A stretch of 38,968 bases of DNA, taken from positions 1 to 38,968 of IMG/VR virus record IMGVR_UViG_3300027819_000030; one strand, written 5' to 3'. Within the stretch, counting starts at the first letter, position 1. Every line of letters begins with the position of its first letter. The DNA comes from a virus. Lineage: Duplodnaviria; Caudoviricetes. This document shows, one piece after another, positions 34,665 through 38,968 of this stretch. The position numbers and the translations under genes were made by a program. The notes below the pieces were generated by a model that was not told where the DNA came from, did no database searches, and was given only the letters and a program-made list of their open reading frames with translations.

Positions 34665-36217
34665 GCGTCGCTCCCTGTAGTCTCGGTGACGAGCTTCCGC
34701 AACTCGCTCTTCAACGTCTTGTCGTAGCCTGAGCGCGGCAGACTGGGCAGGAAAACGTATTCCTTCGGCCGCTTGAATCGCGCGATGTTGGCAAGGCACA
34801 GCGCGTCCAGCTCCTCGATCAGACGCGCGCGGATGTCGGCGAGATCGAGGAGACCGTCGGGCTTTGCGACGACGCAGGCGACGATTTCCTCTCCCCATTC
34901 GGCGCTCGGCCGGCCGATAACGGAGACCTCGCGCACCGCCGGATGCTTCAAGAGCACCTCCTCGACCTCGCGCGGATAGACGTTCGAGCCGCCAGTGATG
35001 ATGCAATCCTTGATGCGGTCGTGGAGGGTGAGGAAGCCGTCTGGGTCGAGGGAGCCGGCGTCGCCAGTGCGGAGAAATTGATCCGAATCGAACGCGAAGG
35101 CCGTCGATACCTCGCTTCGCCAGTAGCCCTTCATCACGGTCGGCCCGCGCACGAGCACCTCTCCGTTCTCCGCGATCTTGATCTCGATCCCCGCCTGCGC
35201 GACGCCGACCGATGCAAGGCGCCGATTATCCGAGAACATGAGCGCGTCTTCGTACATGGCCTGCGTCATGCTCGTGATTGTGCACGGCGACTCTCCCTGG
35301 CCATAGATTTGCGTGACCCGACCGTCCAGCGCGTCCCAGGCGCGCGCAAGGTCCGTGACGTAGAGCGGCGCACCGGCGAAGATCACGCTCTTCAACCCGT
35401 CGACCGGGGCGTTTTCCGCCAACTCGACGACCCTGTTGATGATCGTCGGCGGCCCGAACGTGCAGCTCCCGTTCCATTCATGGAGCAGTTCGCGCGTCTC
35501 TTCCGGGTCGAACTTTCCGCCGGACAGGACGACGTTGCAGGCCGCCTTCATGACGTGCGGGAGCGCATAGAGCCCGGAGCCGTGGGAGAGCGGCGCGGCG
35601 TGGATCATCGCGTCGCCAGGCTCGACCGGTAGCACGTCGGCGAGAAACGCGAGGCACATCGCGCGCAGGTTTCCGTGGGTGAGCGTCGCCGCCTTCGGCT
35701 TGCCCGTCGTGCCAGACGTGAAGAAGAGCCATGCTGGATCGTCGAGCGAGACGGGTTCGATCGGGAGTTCGGCGCGCTTCTCAAACGGTTCGATCGCCTC
35801 AGCCTCGTGGCCTACTCCGCCGATCACGCAGCCGAAGTAGCGCGCGCTCCAATCCGATGTCGCGCGCAGTCTGTCGAACCACGCCTGACTCGTGAAGAAG
35901 AACTCTGCGCCGCACGCCTCACCGATTCCTATGACCTCCTTCTCGTGGAGCTTCGCGTTGACCGGGACGGCGATCATCCCGGCGTGCCAGCAGGCGTAGA
36001 GCGCCTCCAGATAGCGCAGCGAGTTCTCGGAAACGATCAGGACGCGCGCTCCGATTTCCAGGCTCTCGCGCAGCATCGCTGCGATCCGCTCGACGCGGCG
36101 CGCCATTTCGCCGTAGGTGTAGAAGGCATCCGTTCCGACGGCGACAGCCGGCAGGTTCGGGAAGACGCGCGCCGAGCGAACGAGCATCGCAGCAAGGTTG
36201 TTGGCTGGTGATTTCAT
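34661..36217 (-). CDS. AMP-dependent acyl-CoA synthetase/ligase (ANL superfamily)
   Basis: FFTSGTTGKPK, PLSHGSG, YGQGE, RTGD, GGSNVYPREVE and terminal catalytic Lys. Confidence 0.92.
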   Translation of the reverse strand: MKSPANNLAAMLVRSARVFPNLPAVAVGTDAFYTYGEMARRVERIAAMLRESLEIGARVLIVSENSLRYLEALYACWHAGMIAVPVNAKLHEKEVIGIGEACGAEFFFTSQAWFDRLRATSDWSARYFGCVIGGVGHEAEAIEPFEKRAELPIEPVSLDDPAWLFFTSGTTGKPKAATLTHGNLRAMCLAFLADVLPVEPGDAMIHAAPLSHGSGLYALPHVMKAACNVVLSGGKFDPEETRELLHEWNGSCTFGPPTIINRVVELAENAPVDGLKSVIFAGAPLYVTDLARAWDALDGRVTQIYGQGESPCTITSMTQAMYEDALMFSDNRRLASVGVAQAGIEIKIAENGEVLVRGPTVMKGYWRSEVSTAFAFDSDQFLRTGDAGSLDPDGFLTLHDRIKDCIITGGSNVYPREVEEVLLKHPAVREVSVIGRPSAEWGEEIVACVVAKPDGLLDLADIRARLIEELDALCLANIARFKRPKEYVFLPSLPRSGYDKTLKSELRKLVTETTGSDA

Positions 36218-36789
36218 GTTGGTTCTCCTTCATGCACGTGAGCCTCTTTCGCATACCGCAGCGGCGTTCTCTGCCCCATCACGCGCCCCGGAATCCCGCC
36301 GTAGATCGCGCGCGCCGGAACCCATCCCTTGACGAGCGTCAGCGCGCCGATCACGGCCTCGTCGTCGATCCGGATGACATTCCCATTCGCAGGGATGACG
36401 ACCGAGTTCGCGCCGATCACCACGTAATTCCCGATCAGGATCGAACCGGAGAGTTTGTAGGCGTGGAGCTCGTTCTCAGTGTGCAGGCCGAGCATGTCGG
36501 AGCGTGGATCGTCTGTTCCCGTGAATATCTGGACGCCGGCAGAGATGCCGCAGTGATCGCCGATCACGACACCGCCGGAGCCGAAGATCGACGCGCCGGT
36601 CGCGATGTGGCAGTTCCGCCCGATCTTCACGCGGCCCGTGATCGTCACGAAGCCATCGATTCTCGTGTTCTCGCCGACCTCGATGCTGCCGATCAGGTTC
36701 GCCGTATCGTGGATGCGGACGGACTTGTCGAAACCCCAGTTGCGGCCGTCGACGAATTGCAGGCGCTGGGTCTGGACCTTTGGCATCAC
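36214..36789 (-). CDS. Hexapeptide-repeat (LbH) sugar acyltransferase
   Basis: VGENTRID, IGRNCHIA, IGDHCGIS and IGNYVVIG repeats; IYGGIPGR; GTG start overlapping the DegT stop. Confidence 0.85.
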   Translation of the reverse strand: MMPKVQTQRLQFVDGRNWGFDKSVRIHDTANLIGSIEVGENTRIDGFVTITGRVKIGRNCHIATGASIFGSGGVVIGDHCGISAGVQIFTGTDDPRSDMLGLHTENELHAYKLSGSILIGNYVVIGANSVVIPANGNVIRIDDEAVIGALTLVKGWVPARAIYGGIPGRVMGQRTPLRYAKEAHVHEGEPT

Positions 36790-37937
36790 GGCGCTCCTAT
36801 CAGGTAGTCGGTCGATTCGGACTGCTCCAGCGCGCGCGCAAGCGTCACGCACACCCGCTCGATGTCCTCCTCGGTCAAGCCGGTGTGAAACGGAAGCCCG
36901 AGCAGGCGCGAGCTGATCTCGCGTGTCGCCGGAAGATCGGGTTCCGGTCCGAAGTGCGCGAAGGCCGGATGCTTGTAGAGCGGCGGGTAGTACCAGCGGC
37001 GCGTCTCGATGCCATCGGCGGTGAGTGCTGCGGCAATTGCGTCGACATCGGTGCCTGCGGGCAGCAGGGTCTCGAAGGTCGTGCGGATGTCCAAGTCAGG
37101 GCGCACCTGTAGCACCGGGTCTTGCGGCACGCACTGCCAGAGCCCGGCCCGATACATTCGCGCGAGCGCGATGCGGCGCTCCGCGATCTGTGGCCAGCGT
37201 GCGAGCGAGGCGAGCCCGACCGCAGCGTGATACTCGGAGAGCTTCGCGTTCGTGCCACCGCGATCCGAGGCGGTTCGATCCAGCGCGAAACCGAAGTTCG
37301 AGATCGCGCGCAGGACCTCGGCCCAGTCGGAATTGAAGGTCAAGATGAAACCGCCCTCGCCCGCGCCCAAGGATTTCGTCGCGTGCATCGAGAAGCAGGT
37401 CGGCGGCATCCCGTGCGGCGCCGACTGGTTGCCGAAAGCGGCGGCTGCATCGATGATCGCCGGAGCACCGGCGCGCACTTCGAATGCCGCCCAGGCGACC
37501 AGGTCGAGCGCGGCGCCGAAGGCGCACACCGGCACGACGGCATCGAACGGGTGCCGGTTCCAGGCCTCGACAGCGATCTGCGGCGTCAGGCACCAGGTCC
37601 CCGGATCAACATCGGCCCAGACCGGGATGAGACCGGCGCGCACGATCGCGGTGGCCGTGGCCGGGAAAGTGAAGGCTGGGCAGAGGACGCGCGAGCCGCG
37701 GCGCAGGCCCAGGGAGACAAGGGCGCATTCAAGCGCCGCGGTAGCATTCGAGAAGGTCACGATCTCGGCTCCATCCAGCTGCTTGGAGAGCGCGGCGCGC
37801 AGGCGCTGCTCGCATTGCCCGAAATTCGTGTACCAGCGCGATTCGTCGATCTCGGCGAGATACGGGGCGATCTCGTCGGCCGTGGGCATGTCGGGCACGA
37901 GGACCTTGATCGGCTCGCGCAGGGGATCTCGTTTCAT
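36786..37937 (-). CDS. DegT/DnrJ/EryC1/StrS PLP-dependent sugar aminotransferase
   Basis: PAFTFPAT, IDAAAAFG, FSMHATKSLGAGEGG (PLP lysine), NAKLSEYHAA and LGLPFH. Confidence 0.93.
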   Translation of the reverse strand: MKRDPLREPIKVLVPDMPTADEIAPYLAEIDESRWYTNFGQCEQRLRAALSKQLDGAEIVTFSNATAALECALVSLGLRRGSRVLCPAFTFPATATAIVRAGLIPVWADVDPGTWCLTPQIAVEAWNRHPFDAVVPVCAFGAALDLVAWAAFEVRAGAPAIIDAAAAFGNQSAPHGMPPTCFSMHATKSLGAGEGGFILTFNSDWAEVLRAISNFGFALDRTASDRGGTNAKLSEYHAAVGLASLARWPQIAERRIALARMYRAGLWQCVPQDPVLQVRPDLDIRTTFETLLPAGTDVDAIAAALTADGIETRRWYYPPLYKHPAFAHFGPEPDLPATREISSRLLGLPFHTGLTEEDIERVCVTLARALEQSESTDYLIGAP

Positions 37938-38233
37938 CCGGTCTTTCCTTTCTTGATGGGTCGCATCGGTTCGACAACGAGCCGCTCGCAGATCGGGCGA
38001 TTAGCCGCCTTGGGACGGCTGCCGACGACGATCTCGCCCGGCGCCGGCGGATCGCAACGCTCGCCGATCCGATGCTCGAGGCGCGCGACCTGCACGCCAT
38101 GGTCGACGCGCTCGATCGAGAGCCAGGCCGCCCAAGCGCAGGAAACGAGGAGGGCGGTGAGGAGCACGCGCAGGCGATTGCTGGCGGCGTATTCGCGTTC
38201 CTCCAGCACGACGAGGGGCTCGTCCGGGCTCAT
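37934..38233 (-). CDS. Single-TM hypothetical protein
   Basis: LRVLLTALLVSCAWAAWLSI hydrophobic segment; overlaps the DegT start. Confidence 0.55.
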   Translation of the reverse strand: MSPDEPLVVLEEREYAASNRLRVLLTALLVSCAWAAWLSIERVDHGVQVARLEHRIGERCDPPAPGEIVVGSRPKAANRPICERLVVEPMRPIKKGKTG

Positions 38234-38272
38234 GGACAGCCTAGAGACAGAGTATTGCTGAGTCGAAGGGTA

Positions 38273-38728
38273 TTAAACATTCGGATACTCCAATGTGCCC
38301 TTCAACGCGCTTTCGATGAACGGCTCTATGTCGTCGAAGTACGCCGGATATTTTTTGTTTAATGGCGGTCGCAGCGTGTGGATGTAGAACGCTTCGATGT
38401 CAGCCAAGTACATTTCTAGGATGCCGCCGAAGCACCAGAAGCGATTGAACGTTCGGCCGATCCTATTGTGGTCTGGAATGCGGCGGTGAAGGCAGTTCGC
38501 CAGCCCGACGTACACGATGGCATCGTCGGCCAGTAGGAAATAGATCCCGGCGCCGCGGGTAGGAATTCCGTCGAACGTGTACGGGACGGCTTCCCTGATG
38601 ATGTGCGCGGGAGCGTAGAGAAAGCGCTTCGCGTTCTCCTCCAACCATCGGGTTCCGGCCGGAGGATTCTGCGGATAGGCCATGTATTCCGAACCCCCGT
38701 AGACAAAGGTGTGAAGCGGTATCGTCAT
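38273..38728 (-). CDS. GIY-YIG nuclease-domain protein
   Basis: GIYFL...YVGLA..LHRRI..H...IEAFYI....PPLN; GGGAGG RBS; visibly more AT-rich than neighbours. Confidence 0.75.
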   Translation of the reverse strand: MTIPLHTFVYGGSEYMAYPQNPPAGTRWLEENAKRFLYAPAHIIREAVPYTFDGIPTRGAGIYFLLADDAIVYVGLANCLHRRIPDHNRIGRTFNRFWCFGGILEMYLADIEAFYIHTLRPPLNKKYPAYFDDIEPFIESALKGTLEYPNV

Positions 38729-38737
38729 CGCGGCCTC

Positions 38738-38763
38738 CCGGGGACATATTCCGGGGACAAATT
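38738..38763 (+). repeat. Tandem 13 bp direct repeat, putative integrase arm-type sites
   Basis: CCGGGGACATATT / CCGGGGACAAATT about 100 bp from the att core. Confidence 0.6.
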
Positions 38764-38859
38764 GCGGGAATCTGGGGGTGCCAAGGGGATAACCCGACGA
38801 GCGATCCGACTGGAGACCGTGTTAAAATGCCCCTGTGTGACCCTCAAGGCGGTCATTTT

Positions 38860-38886
38860 TTGGTTCGAGTCCAATCGCGCCTACCA
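38860..38886 (+). mobile_element. att core: 3' end of a tRNA, probably tRNA-Val(GAC)
   Basis: TTGGTTCGAGTCCAATCGCGCCTACCA gives T arm, acceptor 3' strand and CCA; no 5' half upstream; resembles proteobacterial tRNA-Val(GAC) ends from memory. Confidence 0.8.
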
Positions 38887-38897
38887 ACAATCCAGCG

Positions 38898-38940
38898 GCC
38901 AGCGGATTGGGCCTCCGTGCCCGGTTCACTGGCTTTCTTC
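38898..38940 (+). terminator. Terminator downstream of the tRNA fragment
   Basis: GCCAGCGGATTGGGC / GCCCGGTTCACTGGC stem followed by TTTCTTC. Confidence 0.6.
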
Positions 38941-38968
38941 TTGACCCATGCCCGTAGTCCGGTTACCT

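Larger units (their letters stand above)
1..38886. mobile_element. Temperate siphovirus-like phage/prophage (partial; left part outside window)
   Basis: Complete head-tail-lysis gene order with no sheath gene, ending at a tRNA-derived att site. Confidence 0.92.

Noticed and set aside
32667-35006. 779-aa version of the glycosyltransferase and other extended starts in the ORF track
   Set aside because: Extensions overlap upstream genes in another frame; internal starts with RBS and 4-nt coupling fit better
32667-37937. DNA hypermodification or O-antigen conversion as the role of the sugar cluster
   Set aside because: The transferase has HMW1C protein-NGT signatures; no base hydroxymethylase, DNA glycosyltransferase or GtrAB-type membrane genes are present. 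Not strictly excluded
38810-38886. Complete tRNA gene
   Set aside because: Only the T arm and 3' acceptor strand are present; upstream sequence gives no D arm, anticodon arm or matching 5' strand
1-38968. Genome-wide TGA reassignment as the explanation of the in-frame stop
   Set aside because: Many genes end in TGA with ATGA/GTGA coupling at the expected protein ends
1-38968. CRISPR array or anti-CRISPR locus
   Set aside because: No regularly spaced repeats; small ORFs cannot be assigned as Acr from sequence alone

Overview
GC-rich temperate siphovirus-type phage or prophage segment, probably infecting a proteobacterium. The + strand (1-30.4 kb) is an almost complete late operon: HTH, RusA, SGNH hydrolase, TerS/TerL, a portal-MuF fusion, a class-3 lipase, three consecutive signal-peptide-bearing proteins (one head-spike-like), protease/scaffold, major capsid, neck, tail tube, G/GT chaperone with a -1 frameshift, tape measure, tail tip and fibres, and a lysis cassette. 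That cassette ends in a split transglutaminase-like cysteine protease (BTLCP/LapG type) whose catalytic Cys codon is an in-frame TGA followed by a hairpin, so it is either a candidate phage selenoprotein or a nonsense pseudogene. The - strand (30.5-38.7 kb) is a convergent, translationally coupled operon with a DegT aminotransferase, a hexapeptide acyltransferase, an AMP-dependent acyl ligase and an HMW1C/NGT-type (GT41) protein N-glycosyltransferase, i.e. a candidate phage-encoded protein glycosylation system. The window ends in an att site made of the 3' end of a tRNA (probably Val-GAC) with integrase arm-like repeats. No integrase, repressor, CRISPR or complete RNA gene is present. All calls come from motif recognition and synteny by eye, with no database searches.
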